Source of the DNA: Polyangiales bacterium
GTDB taxonomy: Bacteria > Myxococcota_A > Polyangia > Polyangiales > Ga0077539
NCBI GenBank assembly: GCA_044229975.1
Contig: JBGARZ010000007.1
Span: forward strand, 352,001 to 416,000
Direction: 5' to 3'
Length of the DNA stretch: 64,000 nucleotides
The notes below the pieces were generated by a model. That model ran no database searches. It saw only the letters and a program-made list of their open reading frames with translations, and had not been told where the DNA came from. The position numbers and the translations under genes are program-made. This document shows positions 51,408 to 61,451 of this stretch, piece by piece. Within the stretch, counting starts at the first letter, position 1. Every line of letters starts with the position of its first letter.

Positions 51408-52622
51408 ATGTCCAGGTCACGAAGGAGTTCGAGCGGTCCGGTGATGGTTCGTCCGGTTGCGCCGCCCGCTGCTCGGCCTCCGGAGGTCAGCTACCTCGGT
51501 CGGGGGTTGCTTGCGCTGGTCGGGTCGATCGCGCTGTTCAGCGGCATCGGGTTCGCGGTGCGCGGTACCTCGTCGAAGGCGGCGCCCCGGAGTGAGCTCG
51601 CGGGCGACCTCCGGGTTCGCTCCGAAGACCTCTCCGTCGTGACGACGCTGGTGCCCATGACCGACGCGCTGCTCCCGGCGCAGGAGTGGGGCGGGTCGCG
51701 CGTCTGGCGCATGCCCGGCTACGACCGACCGCGGGCCGTCGCCCTGCTGGCGGGCCTGCGCGGCGTCGACGAGACGCTCCGCTGCGACGACGCGGGCTGC
51801 ACCGTGCGGCCCGAGCTCGACGCCGTGGCGGCGCTCTCCGCCGGCGACCGCGCGCGCATCTACGGGACGCTGCTGCGCTTCGACCACAACCCCCAGGCCG
51901 AGAACACCTTCTACCGCCCGCCCGACCTCGGCCCCTTCAGCGCGGTGCCCGACGTCCCGCCGGAGGTGCGGCCGCTGCTCGACGCACTGACCTGGAGCCA
52001 CCACGGCGTCCCGGCCTTCTCCGACCTCGCGGTGGTGTGCGATCGGCTCGGGTCGCGCGCGTCGTGCGCTCCCTTCGCGCGGGCGATGCTCAGCCGGCCG
52101 ACGGCGTCGGTGTCGCTCCGCATCACCGAGCCCGGGGTCATCGATCGCGCCGTCGCGTCGTTTCCCGAGGACGACCGAGCCGCCGTGCGCGCGCAGCTCG
52201 AGGCCGCGCGGGCGTCCCACGCGACGCTGTTTCCCGTCGATGCGTTGCTGCCGTCGTGGGCGCGCTCGCGGCTCGGCACCTTCCCCCTCGTCGGCGAGGA
52301 CTGGACCAACTGCTTCTGGACCTCGCTGCGCTTCCTCGACGTCGCGGGCACCGGGATGGTGGCCAGCAGCGCGGACATGGACGCCCACCTGCGACGGGAC
52401 TTCGTTCGGGTCGCGACGCAGCCGCAGTTTGGCGACCTGCTGCTGGTGCGCGGAGACGGCCATGCGCCCGTCCACTCCGCGACGTGGCTCCTCGGCGGAT
52501 ACCTCTTCGAGAAGAACGGCTACGGCCGCCTCCAGGCGTGGCGCATCGTCCCGCTCACGCAGGTGCTGGCCGACTACCCCGAGGCGGAGTCCACCGAGGT
52601 CTGGCGCCTGCGCGAGCGCTGA
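51408..52622 (+). CDS. Membrane-anchored hypothetical protein with possible papain/NlpC-P60-like C-terminal domain
   Basis: N-terminal TM; NCFWTS...GDLLL...HSATWL...FEKNG. Confidence 0.6.
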   Translation: MSRSRRSSSGPVMVRPVAPPAARPPEVSYLGRGLLALVGSIALFSGIGFAVRGTSSKAAPRSELAGDLRVRSEDLSVVTTLVPMTDALLPAQEWGGSRVWRMPGYDRPRAVALLAGLRGVDETLRCDDAGCTVRPELDAVAALSAGDRARIYGTLLRFDHNPQAENTFYRPPDLGPFSAVPDVPPEVRPLLDALTWSHHGVPAFSDLAVVCDRLGSRASCAPFARAMLSRPTASVSLRITEPGVIDRAVASFPEDDRAAVRAQLEAARASHATLFPVDALLPSWARSRLGTFPLVGEDWTNCFWTSLRFLDVAGTGMVASSADMDAHLRRDFVRVATQPQFGDLLLVRGDGHAPVHSATWLLGGYLFEKNGYGRLQAWRIVPLTQVLADYPEAESTEVWRLRER

Positions 52623-52631
52623 CGGCGTCGC

Positions 52632-54263
52632 CTACCGACGGCCGCGGAGGGCGTCGATGACCTCGCCGGCGGCGCGGAGGCCCGACAGCGCGCCGCCCTC
52701 CATGAAGCCCTGCCACTCGTAGAACGAGCTCGTGTGCTCGCCCGCGAAGAACAGGTTGCCCACCGGCTTCGCCTCGTTGTCCGCGATGGTGGTGAAGTAG
52801 CCGAGGTGATTGGCGGAGTAGCTGCCGAGCGCGTTGGGGTTGCGGGGCCATGCCTCCAGGTGGGCCACCACGTCGCCGCGCGCGTCGCGGCGGGCGCTCG
52901 CGCGGGCGCCCGGCACGACGCGGTCGTAGTCGGCGAGGAAGAGCGCGGCCTCGGCCTGGGTGCGCGCCGGGTCCATGCGGGCGCCGAGCGTTCCGCCAGC
53001 GTAGTCGGTGAGCACGCCCGCGGCGGCCGTGGCGCGAGAGGGGTTGGTCTCCCAGCAGCTCTGGAGGTTGGCGAGGTCGCTGTAGGCCGCGCCGTTGTTG
53101 CCTTGCTCCGCCCACGGTCGCGCCGTGAAGCCCACCATGAGCTTGGCGTTGGTGCCGTAGCGAAACTCCCGGATGGCCTGGAGCTTCCACGCGGGCAGCG
53201 CGAGGCTCGGGTGCAGCTCGACGCCGCGGAGCACGGAGAACGGCACCGTGATGACCGCCGCGTCGTAGGTGCGCACCACGGAGCGCGATCCGGCGCGGAG
53301 CGTGAGCTCGACGAGGCCCGAGGCGGTGCGGGCGACGCGCACGAGGCGGTGCCCGAGCGCGGCGGGGCGCGCGAGGCTCGCGTGGAGGCCGCGGACGATG
53401 CCCTCGTTGCCCGTGACGACGTGGAAGCGCTCGTCGCTGAAGACGCCGTACGGTTGAAAGCGGCTGCGCCGGTCGGCGTGGATGAAGTTGAGGAAGGCGA
53501 GGCAGCTCTGCTCGCCGATGGGGATGCCGTACTCGATGTCGTAGGTCTGCTCGATGACCTGGCGGATGAGCGGGCCCGCGCCGCGGGTGTCGAGGTACTC
53601 CGCGAGGGACACGCGGTCGAGCGCGGCCTCGGCCGGGGTGAACCCGTCCGCCGTGGGCTCGCCGACGGAGCGCAGGTCGTCCCGCATGCGGGCGACGAAC
53701 GCGCGGTACTCCTCGACGACGGCTGACTCGGGGTGGCGCGCGCCGTCGAAGTGGTAGAAGACCTCGCCGGGGAGGTTGGCGAGGCTCTCGAGCTCGAGGC
53801 CGAACTCCCGCGCCCACCCGCGCATGGTCTGGTGCCCGGTGTCGATGAGCTCGCCGCCGCGCTCCACCACCTGGCCCGGGAAGCGATCGGACATGGACCA
53901 CACGCGGCCCCCCACGCGGTCGGCGGCTTCGTAGAGGGCGACCGTCACGCCCGCCCGCTCCAGCTCGCGCGCGCAGCCCAGGCCCGCGACGCCCGCGCCG
54001 ACGACGGCCACGCTCCCCGCGACGCGCACCGCGCCGAGGGAGGTGCCGAGGCCGCCGACCGGCGCGCACCCCTGGGCGCCGAGCGCGCCCGCGGCGAGGG
54101 CGCCCGCCGACCCCAGGAGCAGCTCGCGGCGATTGATTCGCACGCCGCGGTCGCGGTCGACGGCGACCTCGACGCCCTCGCGGGAGGGCAGCCCCTCGCG
54201 CTCGCAGAGGTCTGCGATGCGCATCGTACGAACCAGTGAATCCATCCAACCGCTTCGGCCCAT
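52632..54263 (-). CDS. Flavin monoamine/amino-acid oxidase family protein (Tat-like signal)
   Basis: NRRELL, VVGAGVAGL, EAADRVGGR, ERGGELID, FFAGEHT, FMEGGALSG. Confidence 0.9.
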   Translation of the reverse strand: MGRSGWMDSLVRTMRIADLCEREGLPSREGVEVAVDRDRGVRINRRELLLGSAGALAAGALGAQGCAPVGGLGTSLGAVRVAGSVAVVGAGVAGLGCARELERAGVTVALYEAADRVGGRVWSMSDRFPGQVVERGGELIDTGHQTMRGWAREFGLELESLANLPGEVFYHFDGARHPESAVVEEYRAFVARMRDDLRSVGEPTADGFTPAEAALDRVSLAEYLDTRGAGPLIRQVIEQTYDIEYGIPIGEQSCLAFLNFIHADRRSRFQPYGVFSDERFHVVTGNEGIVRGLHASLARPAALGHRLVRVARTASGLVELTLRAGSRSVVRTYDAAVITVPFSVLRGVELHPSLALPAWKLQAIREFRYGTNAKLMVGFTARPWAEQGNNGAAYSDLANLQSCWETNPSRATAAAGVLTDYAGGTLGARMDPARTQAEAALFLADYDRVVPGARASARRDARGDVVAHLEAWPRNPNALGSYSANHLGYFTTIADNEAKPVGNLFFAGEHTSSFYEWQGFMEGGALSGLRAAGEVIDALRGRR

Positions 54264-54313
54264 CTCTCTCGCTCCTTCTCTTTGGTCTCGTGTCGTCCGA
54301 CGCTGACGGCCGA

Positions 54314-57300
54314 CTACCGGCAGGTCCCCGTGCGGCAGGTGCGTCGGCCGGTGCATGCGCGGCCGCACACGCCGCAGTTGTTGTCGCTCGTCTGGAGGTT
54401 GACCTCACACCCGTCGGCCGCGTTGCCGTTGCAGTTGGCGTAGCCGGGGTAGCAGGTGCCGATGGCGCAGGCGCCCGCGGCGCAGACCGCGGACGCGTTG
54501 GCGAAGCGGCAGAGGTTGGCGCACGCGCCGCAGCCCGTGACGCTGGTGTTGAGGTTGGTCTCGCACCCGTTGCCGGCGTTGCCGTCGCAGTTGCCGTAGG
54601 CCACCTCGCAGGTTCCGCCGCAGACGCCCGCCGCACACGCGCGGATGAGGTGCGGCGCCGACGGGCATACGGTGCCGCAGGTCCCGCAGCTGTTGGGGTC
54701 GGTCTGGAGGTCGACGCAGCTCCCGCTCCCGGCGCAGTAGGTCGAGCCCGCCGGGCACGACGACGCGCACGCCCCCGCCGAGCACAACGTCCCCGCGCCG
54801 CAGCGGTTGCCGCACGACCCGCAGTTCGTCGACGTCGAGAGCGCCGTCTCGCAGCCGTTCGACGCCCGGCCGTCGCAGTCGCCGTAGCCCGCGCTGCACG
54901 CCGCGATCGCGCACGCGCCCCCGACACACGCCGGGATGGCGTTGGCGAGCGAGCAGGCCGCCCCGCAGGCGCCGCAGTGCGCGGCGGTAGTGCTCGTGTT
55001 CGTCTCGCAGCCGTTGGTCGCGACGCCGTCGCAGTTGCCGTAGCCCACGCTGCACGTCGCCACCGCGCAGGCGCCGCCGCTGCACGTCGGCGTGGCGTTG
55101 GGCAGGGCGCAGGCCGCCCCGCAGGCGCCGCAGTGGGCGAGGCTCCCGCTCACGTCGACCTCGCAGCCGTTGGCCGCGCTCCGGTCGCAGTCGGCGAACG
55201 AGCCGCTGCAGGTGTAGCCGCAGGCGCCTGCGACGCAGGTGGTCGTCGCGCTCGCGGACGCCGGGCAGGTGCGACCGCAGGCGCCGCAGTTGAGCGGATC
55301 GCCCGTCAGGTCGTTGCAGGTCTGCGTGGCCGCGCAGTAGCTCGTGGGCGACGAGCACGACGACACGCAGGCGCCCTCCGAACAGAAGCTACCCCCCGGG
55401 CAGCGCGTATCGCAGGCGCCGCAGCGGTCGTTGGTGGTGAGCGGCGTCTCGCAGCCGTTGGCCGCGGTGCCGTCGCAGTCGCCGAAGCCCGCGTCGCAGC
55501 GCGCCACGCCGCAGCGGCCCGCCGCGCAGGAGCCCGCGCCGTTGGGCGGGCGACAGGACGTCGCGCACGTCCCGCAGGCGCTCGGGGTCGAGGTGAGGTC
55601 GACCTCGCAGCCGTCGCTCGGGTCGCCGTTGCAGTCGCCGAAGCCGACCGCGCAGGCCACCACGCTGCACGAGCCGGTGCTGCACGCGCCGGTCGCGTGG
55701 GGCGGGGCGCAGGCGCGGCCGCAGGCGCCACAGGCCGTCACGCTGGACCCGAGGTTGGCCTCGCAGCCGTTCGCGGCGCTCCCGTCGCAGTCCGCGAAGC
55801 CCGTGTTGCAGGCGAACGAGCAGGCCCCGCCGCGGCACGACGCCGAGGCGTTGACGAGCGCGGGGCAGATGCTCCCGCACATGCCGCAGTGGCTCGCGTC
55901 CGTCTGGAAGTCTGCGCAGACGCCGGCGGTCGGGCAGTAGTTCGTGCCGGTCGGACACGAGCTCTGACACGAGCCGTTGGCGCAGCGGGTGCCGGCCGCG
56001 CAGACCACGCCACACGCGCCGCAGTTGGTGTTGGTCGTCGTGGGCGTCTCGCAGCCGTTGACGGCGTCGCCGTCGCAGTCCGCCGAGCCGGCGTTGCACG
56101 AGGCCACCACGCACCGCCCGGCCGCGCAGCCCGCGGTGGCGTTGGGCACGTTGCAGGTGCTGCCGCAGGCCCCGCAAGCGCTCGCGGTGGTGCCGAGGTC
56201 GGTCTCACAGCCGTTGGCGGGGTTGCCGTCGCAGTCACCAGAGCCCGCCGTGCACCGCGCCACGATGCAGGCACCCGCCGCGCATCCCGCCACCGCGTTG
56301 GTCAGCGCGCACGCCCGACCGCAGGCGCCGCAGTCCGTCGCCGAGGTGCTGAGGTTGATCTCGCAGCCGTTGCCGGGCAGCGCGTCGCAGTCGCCGAAGC
56401 CCGCGGTGCAGGTGAGGCCGCACGATCCGCCCGCGCAGGTCGCCGCGCTGTTGGCGGGCGACGGGCAGGCGTTGCCGCAGGCGCCGCAGTGGGAGAGGTC
56501 GCTCGACGTGTTCACGCAGATGTCGAGGCCGGGGCAGAACGTGGTCCCCGCGGGGCACGAGCCCAGGCAGGCGCCGCCCGCGCAGCGGGTGCCCGCCGCG
56601 CAGGTCGTCCCGCACGCGCCGCAGCGGGTGTTGGTGTTGAGCGGCGCCTCGCACCCGTTGGCGGGGTTGCCATCGCAGTCGCCAAAGCCCGCGGCGCAGG
56701 CCGCCACGGTGCACGCCCTCGCGGCGCAGCCGGCCGTCGCGTGGGCGAGCGTGCAGGTGCTCCCACAGGCGCCGCACGCGGTCGGAGAGGTCGCGAGGTT
56801 GGTCTCGCAGCCGTTGGATGGGTCGGCGTCGCAGTCGCCGAAGCCGGGGTTGCAGGCGCCCACGGCGCACGTGCCGGCCGCGCACGCGCCCGTGGCGTCG
56901 GAGAGGAAGCAGGCGTTGCTGCATCGGCCGCAGTTGGCCGGGCTGGTGTTGAGGTCGACCTCGCACCCGTCCGACGCCTGGTCGTTGCAGTCGGCGCGAC
57001 CGGCGTTGCACGACGCGACGAGGCAGCGCCCCATCACGCACGCTCCGACGGCGCCGGGAGGGGCGCAGGCCGCCCCGCACGCCCCGCAGTGGGCGAGGCT
57101 GGAGCGCGTGTCGACGCAGGCCCCGCCGCAGGCCGCGCTGCCGTCGGGGCAGGAGGGTGCGTCCGCGGTGGCGTCGACGTTCGCGACGTCGATGGAAGCG
57201 GGGGTGTCGATACTCGGGGCGACGTCCGCCGTGAGGTCCGTCGTGACGTCGGAGGTCGGTCCATCCTTGGCGGCGGAGCCGACGTCGAGGGAGGCGTCAG

Positions 57301-57403
57301 CGCGTGGAGCGTCGGTTCCTGAGTCTCCCGGGACGGGCTCGGGGGAACAGCCCGACGCCGCGACGTGCAGGGCCAGGAGTCCAGACAACACGACGCGCTT
57401 CAC
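54314..57403 (-). CDS. Cys-rich repeat lipoprotein with no C-terminal head domain
   Basis: AASGC lipobox, acidic linker, mixed DCDGxxxNGCE and shorter repeats up to the stop. Confidence 0.85.
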   Translation of the reverse strand: MKRVVLSGLLALHVAASGCSPEPVPGDSGTDAPRADASLDVGSAAKDGPTSDVTTDLTADVAPSIDTPASIDVANVDATADAPSCPDGSAACGGACVDTRSSLAHCGACGAACAPPGAVGACVMGRCLVASCNAGRADCNDQASDGCEVDLNTSPANCGRCSNACFLSDATGACAAGTCAVGACNPGFGDCDADPSNGCETNLATSPTACGACGSTCTLAHATAGCAARACTVAACAAGFGDCDGNPANGCEAPLNTNTRCGACGTTCAAGTRCAGGACLGSCPAGTTFCPGLDICVNTSSDLSHCGACGNACPSPANSAATCAGGSCGLTCTAGFGDCDALPGNGCEINLSTSATDCGACGRACALTNAVAGCAAGACIVARCTAGSGDCDGNPANGCETDLGTTASACGACGSTCNVPNATAGCAAGRCVVASCNAGSADCDGDAVNGCETPTTTNTNCGACGVVCAAGTRCANGSCQSSCPTGTNYCPTAGVCADFQTDASHCGMCGSICPALVNASASCRGGACSFACNTGFADCDGSAANGCEANLGSSVTACGACGRACAPPHATGACSTGSCSVVACAVGFGDCNGDPSDGCEVDLTSTPSACGTCATSCRPPNGAGSCAAGRCGVARCDAGFGDCDGTAANGCETPLTTNDRCGACDTRCPGGSFCSEGACVSSCSSPTSYCAATQTCNDLTGDPLNCGACGRTCPASASATTTCVAGACGYTCSGSFADCDRSAANGCEVDVSGSLAHCGACGAACALPNATPTCSGGACAVATCSVGYGNCDGVATNGCETNTSTTAAHCGACGAACSLANAIPACVGGACAIAACSAGYGDCDGRASNGCETALSTSTNCGSCGNRCGAGTLCSAGACASSCPAGSTYCAGSGSCVDLQTDPNSCGTCGTVCPSAPHLIRACAAGVCGGTCEVAYGNCDGNAGNGCETNLNTSVTGCGACANLCRFANASAVCAAGACAIGTCYPGYANCNGNAADGCEVNLQTSDNNCGVCGRACTGRRTCRTGTCR

Positions 57404-57645
57404 CGGTCGACCTCCATCGAGATCCGCGGCGCAGGAGGTGCCCCTCGCCCGGACGGCTCGCGCCTGTGCGATGAAGGTGCCACTGTCGGCGCAGCGCCCG
57501 ACCGCCGCGCCGTTGGGTCGAATCTGTGTGGAGACCGCCGCGCGAAGAGTGTCCGGTTGATCTCAATCCGCACAGGTGCTGTGCGCGCTTCGCACAGGTT
57601 GCGCCGTCCGCCGCCGTCCGGGTCGACGTCGCCCGCGGGAGGTTC

Positions 57646-59346
57646 CTACGCCTCGACGACGACGCTCCCCTTCGCGTGCGCCTGACACGCGAGGATCATC
57701 CCCCTGGCGCGGTCATCCGCCGTGAGCGCGTTGTCCGAGTCCATCGTGACCTCACCCGAGACGAGCCGCGTCTTGCACTGCCCGCAGATGCCCGATCGGC
57801 ACTCGTACGGCAGGTCGAGCCCGATGGACTCCGCTGCCTCCAGCACCGTGCTCGCGCGCGGCACTTCGACTGAGCGCTTCGAGGTCGCGAAGCGGATGCT
57901 CACGAGCCCACGGCCGGGAGTCGGAGCCTCGTCGGGCGTCGCCACCTCGGCCTCGCCACCCGTCGCGCCCGGGGGCGGCGAGACGAAGGCCTCGGTGTGG
58001 ACGTCGGCCTCGGCGACACCGAGCTCCGTCAAGAGGGCTCGCATCGCCGTCATCATCGGGTCGGGCCCGCACAGGTACACCGGCCCCGCTGCCAGCGTTG
58101 GAACCACCCGCTGCAACAGCTCCGCCGAGATGTGACCGCGCGCCCCGCTCCAGTCGCTCTCCGCGGGCTCCTGACTGAGCGTCACCGTCACGCGAAGCTT
58201 CGGGTGACGCCCCGCCAGCTCGGCGAGCTCCTCGCGGAAGATCACATCCCCCGCGCTTCGCACCGCGAAGACCAGATGGATCTCGCCGTCCCATCCGCGC
58301 TCGACGAGGGAGCGCACCATGGACATGAGCGGCGTGATGCCGACGCCGCCCGCGAGCAGCACCACCTGCTTCGCCCCGTCGCCCTCGAACACGAAGCGAC
58401 CCGCGGGCGCCGACACCGAGAGCACATCGCCCTCGCGCACGGCGTCGTGCAGGTGCTGCGAGGCGTAGCCGTCGGGGGCGCGCTTGACGGTGATCTCGCA
58501 GTGGTCGCGGTGGTGGGGCGACGAGGCGAGGGTGTACGAGCGGCGCACGCGCTTGCCGTCGATGGTGAGCGCGAGGTTGAGGTACTGACCGGGCTTCGCC
58601 TCGAAGGGGAGGGGAGAGCCGTCCGTCGTCACGAGGCGGAAGGTGCGGACGTCGTGGGTCTCCTCGACGATGCGCTCGACGCGCAGCTCGCCCGACCAGA
58701 ACGCGCGCTTGCCGGGAGTCACGGTTGCGCGGTGGACCGCGGCGCGCCGGTCGAGAAGAGCGCGGACGACGCGGAACGCGAGCAGCGCGGCGAGGACGGC
58801 GGCGAAGGCGAGCGGCTGCCGCCGGTCGGACTTCACGAGCAGGAAGTAGTGCAGCGCGCCCGCGGCGGTGGCGAGGTAGGTGAGGCGGTGGAGGGCCTTC
58901 CAGCGACGCGCGCCGAGGCGGGAGACCATCGCGTCGAAGGAGGTCGCGGCGAGGGGGACGAGCAGGAGCAGACCGAGGGTGCCGATCTGGAGATAGCGGC
59001 GCGTGAGCACCTCGTGGACGGTGCTGGCGAGGCTGCCGCCGCGGTCGAGGACGAAGAAGATGGTGAAGTGCAGCGCGAGGTAGAAGAAGGCGTAGACGCC
59101 GACGCGGCGGCGCGGGGCGACGAGGAGGTTCCAGCCGGTGAGGCGGCGCAGCGGGGTGATGACGAGGGAGAGCAGGAGGAAGACGAGGCCGAGCATCCCG
59201 GTGGTGCGCAGCGCGAAGTTGACGCCGTTGACGCCGAGGCGACCGTGCGCCGCGTCCCAACCGAGCAGCGCCAGCGGCACCGCGCCGTTGACCAGGACGA
59301 GCTGCTTCAGAAAGCGCGCGTCGACGGCAGAGTCAGTAGTTGGCAC
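57646..59346 (-). CDS. msrQ: MsrQ heme membrane subunit fused to FNR-type FAD/NAD(P)H domain and 2Fe-2S ferredoxin
   Basis: ITPLRR, RRRVGVYAFFYLALHF, WKALHRLTY, ALHY (MsrQ); RSYTLAS, GYAS, AGGVGITP, YLCGP, EAF (FNR); CRSGICGQC...LACQ (2Fe-2S). GTG start at 59346 overlaps msrP end. Confidence 0.88.
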   Translation of the reverse strand: MPTTDSAVDARFLKQLVLVNGAVPLALLGWDAAHGRLGVNGVNFALRTTGMLGLVFLLLSLVITPLRRLTGWNLLVAPRRRVGVYAFFYLALHFTIFFVLDRGGSLASTVHEVLTRRYLQIGTLGLLLLVPLAATSFDAMVSRLGARRWKALHRLTYLATAAGALHYFLLVKSDRRQPLAFAAVLAALLAFRVVRALLDRRAAVHRATVTPGKRAFWSGELRVERIVEETHDVRTFRLVTTDGSPLPFEAKPGQYLNLALTIDGKRVRRSYTLASSPHHRDHCEITVKRAPDGYASQHLHDAVREGDVLSVSAPAGRFVFEGDGAKQVVLLAGGVGITPLMSMVRSLVERGWDGEIHLVFAVRSAGDVIFREELAELAGRHPKLRVTVTLSQEPAESDWSGARGHISAELLQRVVPTLAAGPVYLCGPDPMMTAMRALLTELGVAEADVHTEAFVSPPPGATGGEAEVATPDEAPTPGRGLVSIRFATSKRSVEVPRASTVLEAAESIGLDLPYECRSGICGQCKTRLVSGEVTMDSDNALTADDRARGMILACQAHAKGSVVVEA

Positions 59347-60307
59347 GGAGGTCCATCCCTGAATAGAGGCGCGCCACCTGCTCGGTGTATCCATTGAACA
59401 TCAGCGTGCGCCGCCGACCCGACTCGCCGATGCGCTGCTCGGTGGCCTGACTCCATCGCGGGTGATCGACCTGCGGGTTCACATTCGCGTAGAAGCCGTA
59501 TTCACCGGGCGCCTGGCGGTTCCAGGTGGTGGGCGGCATGGTCGCCAGCAGGGTGATCTTCACGATCGACTTGATTCCCTTGAAGCCATACTTCCAGGGC
59601 ACCACGAGGCGCACCGGGGCGCCGTCCTGCGGCGGCAGCTCACGCCCGTAGAGGCCGGTCGCCAGCAGGGTGAGCGGGTGCATCGCCTCGTCGAGTCGCA
59701 GCCCTTCGACGTACGGCCAGTCGAGCGACGCGACGCGCTGACCGGGCATCCGCACCGGGTCGTGCAGCGTCTCGAAGGCGACGTAGCGCGCCTCGGGCAT
59801 CGGCTCGACCAACTCCAGCAGCTTCGACAGCGAGAAGCCCGCCCACGGGATGACCATGGACCACGCCTCGACGCATCGCATGCGGTACACGCGCTCTTCG
59901 GGGGCGCTCACCCGCCGCAGGTCGTCGAGGTCGAACACCCGCGGCCGACGCACCATGCCGCCCACGTTGATGCGCCAGCCCGCGGTGGAGAAGCCCGCCG
60001 CGCTCTCGGCCACGCCGTCCTTGTCCGTCGTGAACTCGTAGAAGTTGTTGTAGTGCGTGATGGCTTCGAGCGACGTCCGCGGCTCGTCGACCTGATAGCC
60101 CAGAGCCGCGGCATCAGGCACCGGGGCCGTGGCCACCGTGGCGAGTCGGCGGGTGTCGACAGGGGTCTCCGAGCGCCCGTTGAGCGCGCGGTAGAGGCCG
60201 CCGGTGGCGACGGCGCTCACGGCCAGCGCGACGCCCCGCATGATCGCGCGGCGGTTGAAGTACAGCGCGGGCGGGGTGATCTCGCGGTCGGGGATGGGCG
60301 GGTCCAT
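59333..60307 (-). CDS. msrP: Protein-methionine-sulfoxide reductase catalytic subunit MsrP
   Basis: EITP..YFNRRAIM Tat signal, YNNFYEF, YRMRCVEAWSMVIPW, EGLRLDEAMHPL, KYGFKGIKSI, HPRWSQATE. Confidence 0.96.
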   Translation of the reverse strand: MDPPIPDREITPPALYFNRRAIMRGVALAVSAVATGGLYRALNGRSETPVDTRRLATVATAPVPDAAALGYQVDEPRTSLEAITHYNNFYEFTTDKDGVAESAAGFSTAGWRINVGGMVRRPRVFDLDDLRRVSAPEERVYRMRCVEAWSMVIPWAGFSLSKLLELVEPMPEARYVAFETLHDPVRMPGQRVASLDWPYVEGLRLDEAMHPLTLLATGLYGRELPPQDGAPVRLVVPWKYGFKGIKSIVKITLLATMPPTTWNRQAPGEYGFYANVNPQVDHPRWSQATEQRIGESGRRRTLMFNGYTEQVARLYSGMDLRANY

Positions 60308-60436
60308 GGACGTCCTTCGGTGGGGATCGCCGAGCGATACGCCCGGCTTGGGTGGCGGTTACAGGGGCTGACGCCCGTCGTGGGGCGGGTGGATGTTCGT
60401 TGCCGCGTCGCCCGATGGTCTGCGACCCTGCACTCC

Positions 60437-61408
60437 ATGAAGAGACTAGGGTGGATCGGGGCGTTGGTGTTTGTTGGTTGTGCCTCCGAGATGGTGCAGG
60501 CTCCAGCCGACGCGGGCAGTGGCACCGACGTCGTCGCGGTCGACACACCGACGGTGGACGCTCCCTCGCCGGACGTTGCGCGCGCCGACGCGCCCGCGCC
60601 GACGGACGTGCCGCCGCCTGTCGATCGACCCGCGCCGACGGACGTGCCCACGCCCATCGATACGCCTGCGCCGACGGACGTGCCCGCGCCCACGGATGTT
60701 CCTGCGCTGGCGGATGCGCTCGCTCCCTTCGACGCGCAGCCGGACGTTCCGCCGACGCCGACGGACGTCCCTCCTGCGCCGACGGATGTCCCGCCCGCGG
60801 ACGTCCCGTGTCCGACGGGGCAGGCGCGCTGCGGCGGCGTCTGCATCGACATCACCACCAGCCGCGACCATTGCGGCGGCTGCGGCGTCTCATGCTGCGC
60901 GGGCAACTCGTGCGCCGCCGGTACATGCCAACCCGGCTGCCCCGCCGGCTGGTCCGCCTGCTTCCCCTCTGGTCCGACGTGCGGCATCTGCGCCAACACG
61001 CAGACCGACACCGCCAACTGCGGACGCTGCGGAGGCGCCTGCGCGGCGGGGCAGGTCTGCGTCTCGGGTGAGTGCCGCGCGCCCTTCACCGGCATCGCGC
61101 CGTGCACCACCGCAGGCGACTACGTGACGGCCTCCACCATCACCTTCGGTGGAGCGATTGGCAGCAGCTACTCGCCCCGCTGCATCACCGTCCGCCGCGG
61201 CACCACCGTCGCGTGGGAGGGCGCCTTCGGGAGCCACCCGCTGAGCCCGTCCACCCGCGGCGCATCGAGCAACCCGATTCCGCTCACGAACAGCGGGACG
61301 CGCGCGACGGCCCTCTTCGGCGCGACGGGCTTCTTCCCCTACTTCTGTACCTTCCACGGCGACAACGCCGGCGGCGGGATGTCCGGCGTGGTGCAGGTCA
61401 TCGAGTAG
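60437..61408 (+). CDS. Lipoprotein: PTDVP linker, Cys-rich repeats, C-terminal cupredoxin (type-1 Cu) domain
   Basis: FVGC lipobox; SHPL...PYFCTFHG...GMSGVVQV gives the His/Cys/His/Met ligand set. Confidence 0.82.
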   Translation: MKRLGWIGALVFVGCASEMVQAPADAGSGTDVVAVDTPTVDAPSPDVARADAPAPTDVPPPVDRPAPTDVPTPIDTPAPTDVPAPTDVPALADALAPFDAQPDVPPTPTDVPPAPTDVPPADVPCPTGQARCGGVCIDITTSRDHCGGCGVSCCAGNSCAAGTCQPGCPAGWSACFPSGPTCGICANTQTDTANCGRCGGACAAGQVCVSGECRAPFTGIAPCTTAGDYVTASTITFGGAIGSSYSPRCITVRRGTTVAWEGAFGSHPLSPSTRGASSNPIPLTNSGTRATALFGATGFFPYFCTFHGDNAGGGMSGVVQVIE

Positions 61409-61451
61409 CGTTCGCTTCCCTCCCGCCGTGCGCGCGAGCGAGACTGCGCCC

